Source: Azolla caroliniana (Eukaryota > Plantae > Polypodiophyta). Taken from it: 64,000 bases of DNA. The notes below the pieces were generated by a model that did not search any database, was not told the origin of the DNA, and saw only the letters and a list, made by a program, of their open reading frames with translations. The stretch spans positions 16,740,001-16,804,000 of the forward strand of contig JBHGNT010000015.1 of assembly GCA_043228905.1 (NCBI GenBank), given 5' to 3'. The position numbers and the translations under genes were made by a program. Shown here piece by piece: positions 50,523 to 63,105 of the stretch (positions are counted from its first letter, which is position 1; each line of letters opens with the position of its first letter).

Positions 50523-51677
50523 TGTCGTGTGAATCTTCTCACACTATGTAAAAAATAATAATAAATAATAAAATAAGTACTTTATATTAGCTTAATGGCA
50601 TGTTATAGAAAGATGGATGTTTGAGAAGATAGGGAAAAAAGAACTATGATTTATCCCACATAGATAGGAAACTTAAGCCCCTGGCTATATAACCACTTTG
50701 AGACCCCTCATTTTCATTTGTGCTAAGAGCACTTTGGCCACTTTGGCTTGATGGATGATGGTGGCTAAGTTCACAAAAACTGAGCTGGTAAGCAAAACCG
50801 GAAATCGGTCGGGATGCAAAACCGAAAATTGGCCAGGAAGCAAATCGGAAACGAGCCGGTAAGCAATCCGGAACCGGGCCGGTAAGCAAAATTGGAAATC
50901 AGTCGGTAAGCAAAATCGGAAACGAGCTGGTAAGCAAACCGGAAACGGGCCGATAAGCATAACTGGAAACTGGTTGGTAAGCATAACTGGAACCGGGCTA
51001 GTAAGCAAAATCGGAAACCGGTCGGTAAGCAAATCGGAACCGGCGGCGGAGCCGGTGAGGCGGCGGCAATCGGCGACCAGACGAGGCTGGATGCAAACCA
51101 AACGGATAAAAGGATCATGTGGCTAATTAAAGTGAAGTGAAGAAAACTAAAGTAAAGGTCATGTGAACGGTCGCGTGCAACTAAAAGTAGATGCAACTAA
51201 AAGAAAAAGCTAAGCAACTAAAAGTAGAGGCCATGCAACAAAAAGTGGACATGCATATGATCAACTGGGAACTCCATATAAATTTCCACCTTTTTTTTAC
51301 ACATCCTCTCTCCATATTATATATCTTATTTTCTTTTCCTTCTGAGCTCCCTTATCTTATCGAAGCCAAGAACCCTAAATTTCCTTACGAAAGTCATAAA
51401 CCCTAATTTTCCCTACGGAAGCCATATAATTTTCCTATCGAATCTGTATCTTAGTTTCTTCTAATCTATTATTCTAGTAATCTCCATAAGCTAAAACTTT
51501 TGTAATCCCAATCTTGGGATTGATTGTAATTTTTCTTTTCTATTTATTAATGAAATTTGTCAATCTTTCTCATTTTCCATTAATTGTTTAATTTTAGCAT
51601 ACGAATTTGATATCTTCTAGTCAGAGGCCCCGGGTCTTGCCTCAAAGTTCACGTATCCTCGTCGTAATTTCGCGATA
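50523..51677 (+). mobile_element. Solo LTR of family LTR-B (Trp clade) with internal ~21-bp tandem repeats
   Basis: TGTCGTG…TTTCGCGATA, 4-bp TSD GCGG/GCAG; shares TTTATCCCACAT and U5 motifs with the G1-G3 LTRs. Confidence 0.82.
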
Positions 51678-52418
51678 GCAGACCGGTGCATTTGGGAGTA
51701 TGTCATATGTTGATTTATGTTTTAAGTTTCTTGTTTCAAGTATGTCATCCTTTGATTTGAGTTTACGATGTTTAAAGTGGATTTATGTTCTCTATTTTAT
51801 GTTTTATGTTTTTTAACTTTTAACTTTTATGTTTTAATATGGTTATTTGTTTTAACATAAGTATGGTAAAGATCGTCGATTTTGAATAATTTAAGGTTGG
51901 ATTTTGTGACTATTTGATATGTTATTGTAAGTTTTAAGGGTAATGAACAAGCTTATTTGAAGAGTTTGGTCGAAATGATACATTTGGTTGGGCGACCTGC
52001 AACGGTTGGGCGACCAATCGGTTGGGCAACCTACAAATGTCAGGGTTGGGTGACCTAAAACAATTGGGCGACTTGCAACAGTCAGAGTTGGGCGACCAAT
52101 TGTGGTTGGGCGAGACCAACGACTCAGAGTTGGACGACCTCTGACAACTCTTTTTTTCGCGCGTTCTTCCTTATCGAAATCTGACGATACAAATCGCACG
52201 CACCTTCCTCTAAGCGACCTGCACCGTCTGTGGCCGCGATTCCCTGGGCAACCCTCTTTATGATTTGATGCAAAATAGACACGAGCGTATGTATGTATGT
52301 ATGTATGTATGCCGGCTTATCATGAGATAGATGCATGGCAGAAGGTCATGTTACATGTATGTTATGTTATGTTATGTGTGTGTAAATTGCAGAAACAGGG
52401 GAAGAACAGAGTGGAGAG

Positions 52419-53657
52419 ATGCAGAGATTAGGGAGGCGGTGTGTGTGTGCAGGGAGATGGCCATCGCCATCGCCATCGCCCTTCAATTTCGTTTGTTCCC
52501 GTCCTTCATCCTCTCATGGCGCTGCAGAAGCGGTAGGAGAGGTGTTGAAGATGGAGCACAGCTTTGGGCAAGAGGATGTGGAGTCTTACGCTCTCCTCTC
52601 AGGAGACTCCAACCCCATCCACACCTCCCCTGCCTACGCCGAGGCCTCCCATGGCTTTCGCTCTTGCGTCGTCCATGGATTGCTCTCCGCTTCCCTCTTC
52701 CCAACCCTAATCGCCTCTCGCTTCGTAATACACACAGTCTTTTCTACAGCCTTTCTTGTCTTGCACAATATCAATTTGCAGAAGATTGGATTCCACTGAT
52801 ATGTATATGCATGGATGTTCCATCCAATGAATTTTTTGATGGATGTTATGCATGAATGTTCCATTCAATGAATTTCTGGATGGATGTATGCATGGATGTT
52901 CCATCCTATGAATTTCTGGATGGATGTATGGATGGATGTTCCATCCAATGAATTTCTTGATGGATGTATGTATGGATGTTCCATCCAATGAATTTCTTGA
53001 TGGATGTATGAGTATTTGGATGGATCAAAACATAGATTTGTGCATGGATATATGTATGGATGTTCCATCCAATGAATTTCTTGATTGATGGATGTATGTA
53101 TGAATGTTCCATCCAATGAATTTCTTGATGTATGTATGTATGTATGGATGTTCCATCCAATGAATTTCTTGACGGATGTATGAGTATTTGGATGGATCAA
53201 AACATAGATTTGTGTATGGATGGATGTTATGAATGTGGATTAACCTTTATTTTTCATTTTTTTGGGTTGTTTCTTGGCCCCAGCCAGGTGCTCGCATCAC
53301 ATCTCAGACCTTGAGATTCAAAGAGCCTGCTCTTGTTGGTGATTGCCTCGAAGCTGAAGCAAAAGTGGTGAATGTATCGACTACCGATTCCCCCATGACA
53401 GAGAAATTTCTTAGGTATGTAGGTGGGTATTGTATCTTTAATGCGTGTGTGTGTGTGTGTGTGTGCGCGCACACATGTGTGTTCGGACTGGCCCATTTGT
53501 TGATTGTTTAGATGAATGAAAAGGCAGGGGATGGTTATGAAATATGCATGTTTTTATGGCCTTATGTAGTATTGAGCTCAACATAGAGTGCTTCAAAAAG
53601 GAAGGGAGAGTCTTGGTGCTTGAGGGGAAAAGCAAAGTTCTCGTTCCAGAATTATGA
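52419..53657 (+). CDS. MaoC/hotdog-fold dehydratase, likely mitochondrial 3-hydroxyacyl-ACP dehydratase (mtHD/HTD2-like); exons 52419-52724, 53284-53414, 53570-53657 (~174 aa)
   Basis: Hydratase-2 motif YALLSGDSNPIH…VVHGLL, FPGA..SQTLRF..P..VGD, C-terminal LVLEG. GT-AG introns keep the frame. Arg/Ser-rich N-terminal presequence. Confidence 0.88.
52810..53230. repeat. ~36-40-bp intronic tandem repeat (ATGGATGTTCCATCCAATGAATTTCTTG)
   Basis: Several copies fill intron 1 of the dehydratase gene. Confidence 0.88.
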
Positions 53658-56051
53658 TGAAATTTCATGTCTGAACGAAGTGAGTCCCCTGGGCCACGAT
53701 TTCGTAAATGAGAGTCCACATTTTGCCCCACGGATCGCAACAACTCAGGTTTATTGGCGGAAACAATGTTGTCAAGATTTGTGTTAGGTTTTATTATCTT
53801 CTTCGCAGCATACCTCTGCAAGAGGCTGCTTGCAAGGAAAAAAAAAATTGATCCCTTGGAATCTGTCCACACTGACCCTATATGCATTTTGGGAGATCGT
53901 ATCAGATCGGTTGACAGAATGGAAGCGTGTTTTGATGGAAAGCAAGAGGTTTAAATCGTCTATCTACCCAACCAACTGCATATTGCTTCAACTTTGTCTA
54001 TGTAAAGTAATGACTTTCGATGTTAATGTTTTCGGCTTTATGCAATGTTAAGAACCTATTGCTTACAAAATGGTCAAGATTTACTACAATCATAGATCGG
54101 ATTTCTGTAGTGATCATTTGACATGCATAAATTTGACAATTGCTACATAAATTTTTGATTGCATTCTCTGGCAATGCATATTAGCCTTATTTTTTAGGTT
54201 TTGATCTCAACTTCTCTTTTTTAAGCATGAAACCTGTGGTCGCAATATACCGACACGAAGATTGAAAGAGCTGCCAAATGTTGTGCAAAGTGTTGAAATG
54301 GTAGTAATTGAAAAATATCAACCATCTAGAAATGGTTGAAACTTAGGAGAAACAATGACATAAACTCTTCAAAAGATCATGAGCTGTATGCAAGTGTAAA
54401 GATACATGAAAATAATGGAAAACAGGATTACGCACGTGAAAATGGAATTACATAATCGGAGTAGTGCATCCACAAAGATTATATTAACGATTTGGGGTTT
54501 TCCATGTGAGATTGAAGAGGATGCCTGACATTTTGCAAAATAGGTACATCATGAATGGTTGGTGGTTATGCTAGCGAATCATTTTATTAACATGTGTCCG
54601 AGTCTTGAAGCTTGAAGTGAACAACATGGATGTTCTGTTCATATCAATAGTCATAGTCATAGTCATGGGTAAAGCATTTTCACTTGTTTTTCACTGTTAA
54701 CAAGCATTTGGCCACAAGCAAAGGTGTTTTGCATGTTAACAAGCATTTGTCCACAAGCAAAGGTGTTTTGCATTTTTCCTGAGTGGTTCAAATGTTACAT
54801 AGTTTTGTTGCTTATGGAAAGTCCATATTAGTTATGATTTACTCCTCAACAGAATGCTCCATTTAGGTTATTTTATAACTTTTTCCTTGTGAGAATAATT
54901 TGTTTTTCTAGTCAATGGCTTCCATGACATCAAGATTTCATGACGTATAGAAAGGTTGAAACAAGAAAAGTGGAAATGGCGACCCATTACATTGCAAATA
55001 TCTATTGTACCTTACTTCACAAATAGTATTCGTATTTTGTTCCATATATCGTTTAGGAATTGATTCTTTCATGTTCCAATATTAGTTTATGTTTTGAACT
55101 CTATTCTATTATTGAAATACGCGCAATAGAATCGTTTGATCCATGGAATGATTTCTTAGGAATTTGTGATTCCACCAGCTTCCTAGTGCCAATAGGCACA
55201 TTACTTGCAATGACCGAAGGTATCAATCTTGGCATGCTTGAACAATACGTTAGAAATATAAATGGCTTCTAATTGCAATTTTATAAGTGAGATGAGTTCT
55301 TTGAATGGAACATGTATACTTATTAGGGGTTCTTATGTATTTCTTTAGAACTTGTTACGTACCAAAATTAGATTTCACTTAGCTCTCTATTGAGTTCTTT
55401 GAATGGAACATGTATACTTATGAGGGGTTCTTATGTATTTCTTCACGAGTTGTTACGTACCAAAATTAGATTTCTTCACGACTTGTTACGATGAACTTAT
55501 CTCTATTTACATTCGTTATTAGTGGAAAACCCTAGTTCTAGGTGACTCTAATAAACATGCAGCGTACTCTTACGTTGTTCAATATTGAACTAAACATGGT
55601 TTCTTCAAAAAAGTTGGAAGATTACCATTAATCACAGTTGTAACATGGATAACTCTGTAAATGTTTTGAAAGTGTTTTCAATCATATGGAAAAGTTATAA
55701 TTTCATAAAAGCAACATTAAAATTGTGCAAAAAGGACAACCAATAAATTGTTTCGAACCTTTAGCAAATAAAGGATGTGGTTGTCGTACAAACAGAATTA
55801 ACAATCATAAACTTTTAAAATGAAGCATTTTTCAAATTTAGAATGAAAGCAAAGTGTTCCTCAGAAGTATCTTTAAAAGAAAAAAAAAGACAAAATGGTC
55901 CATGTAAAACATGTCTAGGCTCAAATCAGGCTACACTACATATATACCACCAAAAGGTCCATTAAAAGTGTTGGGTGCAAAACATATTTTGTTACAAGTA
56001 ACTTCCTCTTTCAAAACAATAGGACCATGTTATATACAATACCTCTACGGT

Positions 56052-57440
56052 TTAATTATACGTGGGGATTTTATTATGCATTGCTTGTAAAGTTAGGTGT
56101 GGACCTAAATGACAACGTTGACATTGCTTCTTGAGCTCGAAAAGTCGGTCAATATCGAAGTTTCTCTTCCTAATAAGCTTTTGTTGTTTGGATGAGAATA
56201 GGGTCCTCCCAACATCTTGATAATTTGGTTCCCTAGAAGTAACCATGAAGAAGGCATAGCCAACAAGTAGATTAAAAGTTGTCGCAAAGTATGCAATTGG
56301 CTCCATGACATCCCAAGAGAGCTCCCAAAATGTGAGCCTAAATATGAGAGCCGTTTGCATAGCAAAGTATCCAAAGCCACACCACAATACTCTCCGAGAA
56401 TGCTTATTGGCTAAACGATCAATTTCCTTTTTTTCTTCTTCGAGAAGAGAGACTTCTTGAAGAAGTGATTGTAACTGCTCTGGAGGTGAAATAGGTTTTG
56501 GTATAACATTGGTGACAAGTTCAGCAACCTATAGAAACAAGTTTTGAGACTTAGAACCCTACATCATTCTTTAATGGCATGCACATTATTAGTCCATCTT
56601 TGGTTTAAAAAATAACATTATAGCTTTAATGACAAGTCATCATTAATTCCTATAGAACATTATTAATTGTAGGCCATCAATAATGCCATGAAACACATTA
56701 TTGTAAGTCAGTATTGAGCCCATTAAACATCAAGTAATGATAAATGTCATTAATTATGTCATGAAACACTAATGAACCTAGAATATATAATGTTTAATAT
56801 ATCGTTTTGGGTTTGATAAAAGGTTCTTGCTTTTTACCTTGTGAGGTTTAAGGTAGACAACATCTTGAAAGATGAGGATAATTCCAACCTCTTCGAGAAG
56901 TTTTGCAATATATTTGGCATCTTTCATAGTAGTTGAAGACAAACCCAAAGTGTTCCTACACATATTTAGAAACTCAACATAATGCATAGTCTCTTCCTTC
57001 TCCATTTTCAACTTCTCTTTGATACTCTCCACTTGGACAAGCCGCAAGATGCGGCGTGCTTGTTGAAGTGCAAGCACATCTTTTCTCTCTCCATGAGTTT
57101 CATAATCTTCTTCGTCATCCTTGTCATGAATATTGTAGTTGGTGTCAAGGGCACGTTCTCTAAGCATTGGAAAGATAGAATATTCATCCATTGGGTATAC
57201 AAGCCTTTGAGGGAACTTTGGGGTTTGCCAAATGTTGCGTCGCGACAATGATGATGATATGCGGCATGGAGGCGGTAGCCAATTAGAGAATGCTCGTAGA
57301 GAGGAGGGATGGTGAGGAGAAATACGATGGGGATGAGGATGGGGTAATCTTAGTTGGGAGCGAGAGAGGTTGAAAGGAGGAGATGTTGGGTGTGTGAAGA
57401 GGTGGGAGAGAAGCTTGAAAGAAGAGCCCTTCATTGCCAT
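56052..57440 (-). CDS. MCU: Mitochondrial calcium uniporter family protein; exons 57440-56838 and 56528-56052 (~359 aa)
   Basis: RLTFWELSWDVMEPIAYF pore motif (plant DVME) between two TM helices; VYLKP|VAE junction with a GT-AG intron in frame; coiled coil; N-terminal presequence. Confidence 0.93.
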
Positions 57441-60124
57441 CTCAAAGTTTCTCTCCCACACTTGGTCTTCTCAAATCTCACTACCACTCTCTTATACTTA
57501 GCATGGGAAGAGAAAACACTATCTTGGTGTGGTTCACTAGGATATTTAACAATCAATTTTAACCTAACAAAGTAAAAACAAATAGTAATACGATGAAGCA
57601 AAAACCTTCTCTTGAAGCAATTCTATCCTTTGCCCTTTAGATAAAGTAAGGGGGTCACATCCTTCAAGTTTGGTTTTTACTAACAAAAACATGCATGATT
57701 CAAATCCTACTAAGCTTACTAATTTACAAAATGACCTTGCAAAATGTCGCAAGTGTCGAATGCATACATCATCTTTTGGTGTCCACTGAACAACTTTATC
57801 ATCTGAGCTACATCCATTTATATATGGATATATATTTTGTCTCTATATCTTTCTATACAAATGTAACTGATCTCCTTCCTTTTCTTTTATAAGTAGCGTG
57901 AAGAATCTCATGCTAGATGGGAGGGTCCCTTTCATCCACAACTTTCCCAACTTATTGGGGCACTCAATACACCCACTATATGTATAATATAAAATCCGGC
58001 GTAATTATCAAGAATATTAAAAGAAAACGTATGACCGATCTTGCTCTAAATTATTTCTCTCATTCTTGTTCTAAATCCATATCTTAATCTCATGATTTAG
58101 GGAATCGATTAGAATATACACACGTCTCTCTATTCCTTACTTGAGGGAGAACAAAGAAATACCCGTTTCCTCTTGCACACTTATTTGTGTGAACTTCTAA
58201 CAATAACTTATAAACATTGTTATCGTTTAGCATTCATGCAATCAATCACATAAAATATTTAAAGTAACCTCATATTATGGGTAATATCCTAACTACCTAC
58301 CATTTTGCTTTAGAAAATATCAATTCTACCTTGATACATAAAGACAATGTGAAATCGTCACTAAGATGGCCTCATGATCAATCAATTTTGCTCTCACCAA
58401 GCTTTCCATTTTTGTCCCCCCACTCTAATGATCTCTCTGCTCACTCTATTTAAAACCTATAATTCTTTGATCTTTTCATCATTTTTCATAATCAACTTAG
58501 ACTTTGTGTTATCAATTTACCCTAGTAGTATGGAATTAGAATATCAACACAAGGCTTTAGAGTTAAATCTCCACTTTCACACGTGTTTATTACATTGTAT
58601 ATACCTTCTCAATTTATGAGATGCCCACTATGAATAATGTAAGGGTCGGAATCATAACATTTTTAGTGTCCACTAAAAAACCTTACCAATTGACCAACAA
58701 CAATTTGGACATAACCACATCTTTGTATGTTTGTCTCTCCCAATAGCCACAATTCTTATTTCTCTTTCGTAACTATAGTGTTCTTTGAGAGAGAGAGAGG
58801 GTTGAGTGCTAATTGGGCCATAGTTGAGATGTCAATGTCGACTAATTTGGTACCGTGATATGCTTGATTTTAAATACAAAATTTGCCCTTGTGATTAAGA
58901 AGTTATGTATGATGGTATGATGAAATATTGAGTGCATAACTGAAACAAGTTACCACTAAGGTAGGCCCCATTACAATAAAAAAGAAATGAGGGATCAACC
59001 ATGTGAGTTGAGGGTAAAGCCTAGAGAGAGAGAGAGACAAAATGTGACCATGGTGACATTATTATTAAACTAAATTGATTTTGTTAGGGGTAGAATTTGG
59101 TCGTCGTGGCTCATCTTTTTTTGTTACGGGTAGAATCGATCTTTTGAAAATACAGGGGAGTTGGTTTGATATTATGGCCTTTAACCATATGCCTATAGAC
59201 AGCTATGGCAAAAAAGTGATGAGGCACTAAGCATCTCAACAAAGAAAACTCTGGTAAGCCCACCAACCCCAAAAGTTCATTACAATGAACAAAAAGTTAT
59301 TTTTAAATGTTCCTCTCTTGAGACTCGCTCTTTAACCGCACTTGCACAATGAGGTCTTTAACCTTAATCTAAAATTTTCGTATTAATCACGACATCTCGA
59401 TATTCAAAGATAAATTCCTTCATGCGCATTATCCGAAAAATCAAATATAAATTTTCATCTAAATCATCACCTCATGCTAATCTCACCTTTTATTTTTTGA
59501 ATGATGCGCACAAAAAATTCATTACCAAACATCTCGATAATTCCAAGGTTTATTTTTCTATCTTTAAAAGATTAATGGGTGATATTTTGCATCTCATAAT
59601 AAAAGTGTTTATAGGGAATGTTTAGGTTTTGCTAATTATTTTGCAAAAAGTAGAGAACATTGTACATGACATCAATCTACACAAAGAAAATGATAGAAAG
59701 GACAAGCAATTATGTTACCATGATAGATTAACGAATCAAGATTACAACACAGGAAGTTATACAATGGAAGCTTTACCTCACGTGCTCTTAAGAAAGCATG
59801 TATAGGTTACTGTACAACTTAGTTACTTGAAGTGAAAACTAATCTTACGATCGTCTCCAAGATTGTTAATCAAAACATTAGGTTCAAGGTTAATTCTAAT
59901 GACTAGCCGTTCATCTTTTGCATTAAGCCTAATATATACATACATACATACATACATATATATATAAATCTTTAATAACTCTACAAACTCATGTTAAGAT
60001 GAATACATATTGCATGCACAACACGAAGATTGAAAATATGAATCTTACCACACATAATGTGAAGATTGTGAAAATCGATTGTTATCACACACAAAGCTAA
60101 GACCTCTCAAGATTGAGTGTTATT

Positions 60125-60790
60125 TATTACATAACAGTAAATGTGAAGAGACCATTCCTCGATCAATATGAGTAATGTATCTGGACCTAGCAAAAAACTC
60201 CTCATAATAAATCGAACCCTAAATCCCAATTATAATGAATGTGAAGAGTTTATAACATAACAATAAATGTGAAGAAACCATTCCTCCATCAATATGAGAT
60301 ATGTATCTGTACCTAGCAAAAGACTCCTCATACTAAATCAAACCCTAAATCCCAATTATACTGAATGTAAAGAGTTTATAACATAACAATAAATGTGAAG
60401 AAACCATTCCTCGATCAATATGAGATATGGATCTGTACCTATCAAAAAACTCCTCATAAAATTGAACCGTAAATCCCAATTATAATGAATGTAAAGAGTT
60501 TTATAACATAACAATAAATGTGAAGAAACCATTCCTGGATCAATATGAGCAATAGATCTATACCTGTAAAAAAAACTCCTCATAATAAATCGAACCCTAA
60601 ATCCCAATTATAATGAATGTAAAGAGTTTATAACATAACAATAAATGTGAAGAAACCATTCCTGGATCAATATGAGATATGGATCTGTACCTATCAAAAA
60701 ACTCCTCATAAAATTGAACCCTAAATCCCAATTATAATGAATGTAAAGAATTTATAAGATAACAAATAAATGTGAAGAAACAGTTTCTAA
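60125..60790. repeat. ~120-bp tandem repeat, about 5.5 copies
   Basis: Repeated AAATGTGAAGAAACCATTCCT…AACCCTAAATCCCAATTATAATGAATG. Confidence 0.9.
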
Positions 60791-61609
60791 TGTAAAGAAT
60801 TTACCTGAGTGTTCTGATTATGGGCCTGCACTCTCCAGGTCTAGAGTTCGAGCTCCACATTTCTCCCCAGGGCCTTTGCATTTCTGTTTTTAGGGTTTAG
60901 CAGTCTTTGCATGTATGTACATATGTATGTTGTATGTATGTAGAAACATGATTGATGTACACGCGATTTCTCCCATGCATGTTTCATGGAAAGCTCGGGC
61001 CCTATTCCTTCCCGTCAACACACCATCTCCAGACTCCAGGTACTTCTTACTCTCTTTTTTCTCGTAAATAACCCCACACCAGCTCGCTCTCTGTCTATTT
61101 TTAGTGAGAATCTGTCTGCGAAAAGGAACTATTGTTTTTTTTTCTTTTCTTATAATGAAGTGAATATGCATTGCTGTGTATCTTGGACAGTCATTCAACC
61201 TTTTTATGCACATGTAGAACATATAGAAACATGTATTTCATTAGATCATACGAAATTGTAGCCTGAAGTTTGTTTGATTAACAATCACAGGTTATTGCTC
61301 TATTTAGATATCTGGAGTGTCAAACTTTGGGATGCATGGGTTGTATGCAGTAATAGCAGCCTTGGAGAAAAACAATTTTTGGCTATGGGCATAGTTTTTT
61401 CTACTCACCCATATCTAACCAGGAAATGGAATGGAATATGTAAGGAAAGAGTGGCTACCACTGCTTATCATCAGCTAATTTTCAGTTTAAAGGTGGATGT
61501 TCGATGTGTAAGAGCTGTTCTTGTTCCAATGTTAGCAGTTATTAATCTCTGGGACTGGAGCATAAATCATGAAGCAGCGAAAAAAGTTGTTATGTTGAAG
61601 CTCAAATCG

Positions 61610-62100
61610 TTCATATACTTGATTATATGTCTTTGCTGGGGGCTTCTTCCCCTTGGAAAAGTTGCCATTCTGATCGGAAACTACTCCTCAATAACTAGAT
61701 GAATTTAAGGATTTATCCACCATGTGGTATTGGCTGAACTACTCAATGATAGTTTTACTTCAGAAAATCAATACCCCAGAAGAATGATATGTCTGGGAAT
61801 ATCTATAAACATGCAGCCTGTTCCTCAATCTCCAGTTAAAGTTATGGACAAATTGTTGTACTTGATAATGTCTTGTTGGGGGCTTCCTCTTTGTAAAATG
61901 TTACTGTTCTGATGGGAATCTAGCTCTCAACAACTGGATGATATAAGGATTTATCCACCTTGTGGTATTGGCCGAATGCCTCAATGATAGTTTTACTGCA
62001 GGAAATCAATACTCCAGAGGCATGATATGTTTGGGAACATCTATAAATGTACGACCTCTTTTTAAATCTCTGGTTAAAGTTATGGACAAACTGTTGTAAC
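61610..62100. repeat. ~235-bp tandem duplication (about 2.3 copies)
   Basis: Repeated AAGGATTTATCCACC.TGTGGTATTGG…AAGTTATGGACAAA. Confidence 0.8.
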
Positions 62101-62814
62101 CTCAGGGTCTGTTCTATTTTTCTAAACTTGAAACTGAGATTGGTTATATGCTATTAGAATCCAATAAAATTACACTATTACAATTTTATGAGGTTTTTGT
62201 AATCACACTGAAAGGGTCAATGATCCTAACATCATGTAGGGTTCCGTTATATCAATCGACACATGACAATGCCAATATTTAATTCCTATTCAGTAGCTAA
62301 TTCCTTCAAGTACATGACAATGTACTTAGGCTGACTGTAATCTTATAAGGAAAGGGTCCATGAGCCTAACATCATATAGAGTTCCATTATCCATATATTC
62401 AGGGTCTTAAAACTTCGCAAGGTCATCATGGCTAGAGCCAATGTAATGTTTTCAGCTTAATGATTTCATCATGTATGCAGAAGTTCTACTAATGAAGAAT
62501 AATTTTTTTGGAGAAAAAAACAACTTGGCAAGGTCTTTTTGGGAGCAGATGTGAAGTATGTATGACCATTTTTTATCATATAATTATTACCATACACATT
62601 ATGTATTGCAACTAAAGAACATGTAATGTGGCCCTCACTGAATCAACACTATGAATGGTGTCATGTAGCCTCATGAGAAAGCTCATTGCAAACCATTGGT
62701 CTAGGCGAATAATTTGATTTCCTGACATATGGTCAGTACAGAATGCAATACAATGTGATGGTTTTTATGGCTATGTTCAGTGGATAGGATAGCATATTTT
62801 TAGAGGGATCTAGT

Positions 62815-63105
62815 CTGTAGGGCTTGGAATCTTACCCAATTAAGGTAAATAACCCTTGGAACATATGCATACTGCTAATGATCCTTGAATTTTACAGTCA
62901 ATAATCATGTGTTGTAGGGATTGGAATCTTACCCAATTAAGGTAAATAACCCTTGGAACATATGCTTACTACTAATGATCCTTGAATTTGACAGTCAATA
63001 ATCATGTGTTGTAGCGCATGCAATCTTACCCAATTAAAGTCAATAACCCTTGGAACATATGCATACTACTAATGATCGTTGAATTTGACAAACAATAATC
63101 TTGTG
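62815..63105. repeat. ~98-bp tandem repeat x3
   Basis: Repeated AATCTTACCCAATTAA…AATAACCCTTGGAACATATGC…ACAGTCAATAATC. Confidence 0.85.

Larger units (their letters stand above)
36737..52286 (+). mobile_element. MULE-2: Mutator-like element, probably composite, carrying a Ulp1-like protease and a transposase
   Basis: ~150-bp TIRs: 36737-36826 plus 43848-43922 (split by an LTR element) and the inverted 52130-52286. Candidate 8-bp TSD GTATGTCT/GTATGTAT. Subterminal GGTCGCCCAACC repeats. Confidence 0.85.

Noticed and set aside
51600-51677. ACG-TATCCTCGT-CGT resembling HDV-like ribozyme P3/L3
   Set aside because: No P1.1 GG, P4 or J4/2; better explained as LTR U5 structure.
60125-60790. CRISPR-like appearance of this and other arrays (28105-28332, 52810-53230)
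   Set aside because: Whole units repeat without unique spacers; no cas genes; eukaryotic context.
60803-60890. Possible minus-strand exon (ATG CAA AGG…CAG|GTAA) upstream of MCU
   Set aside because: No in-phase acceptor linking it to the MCU frame was found, and there is no homology evidence.
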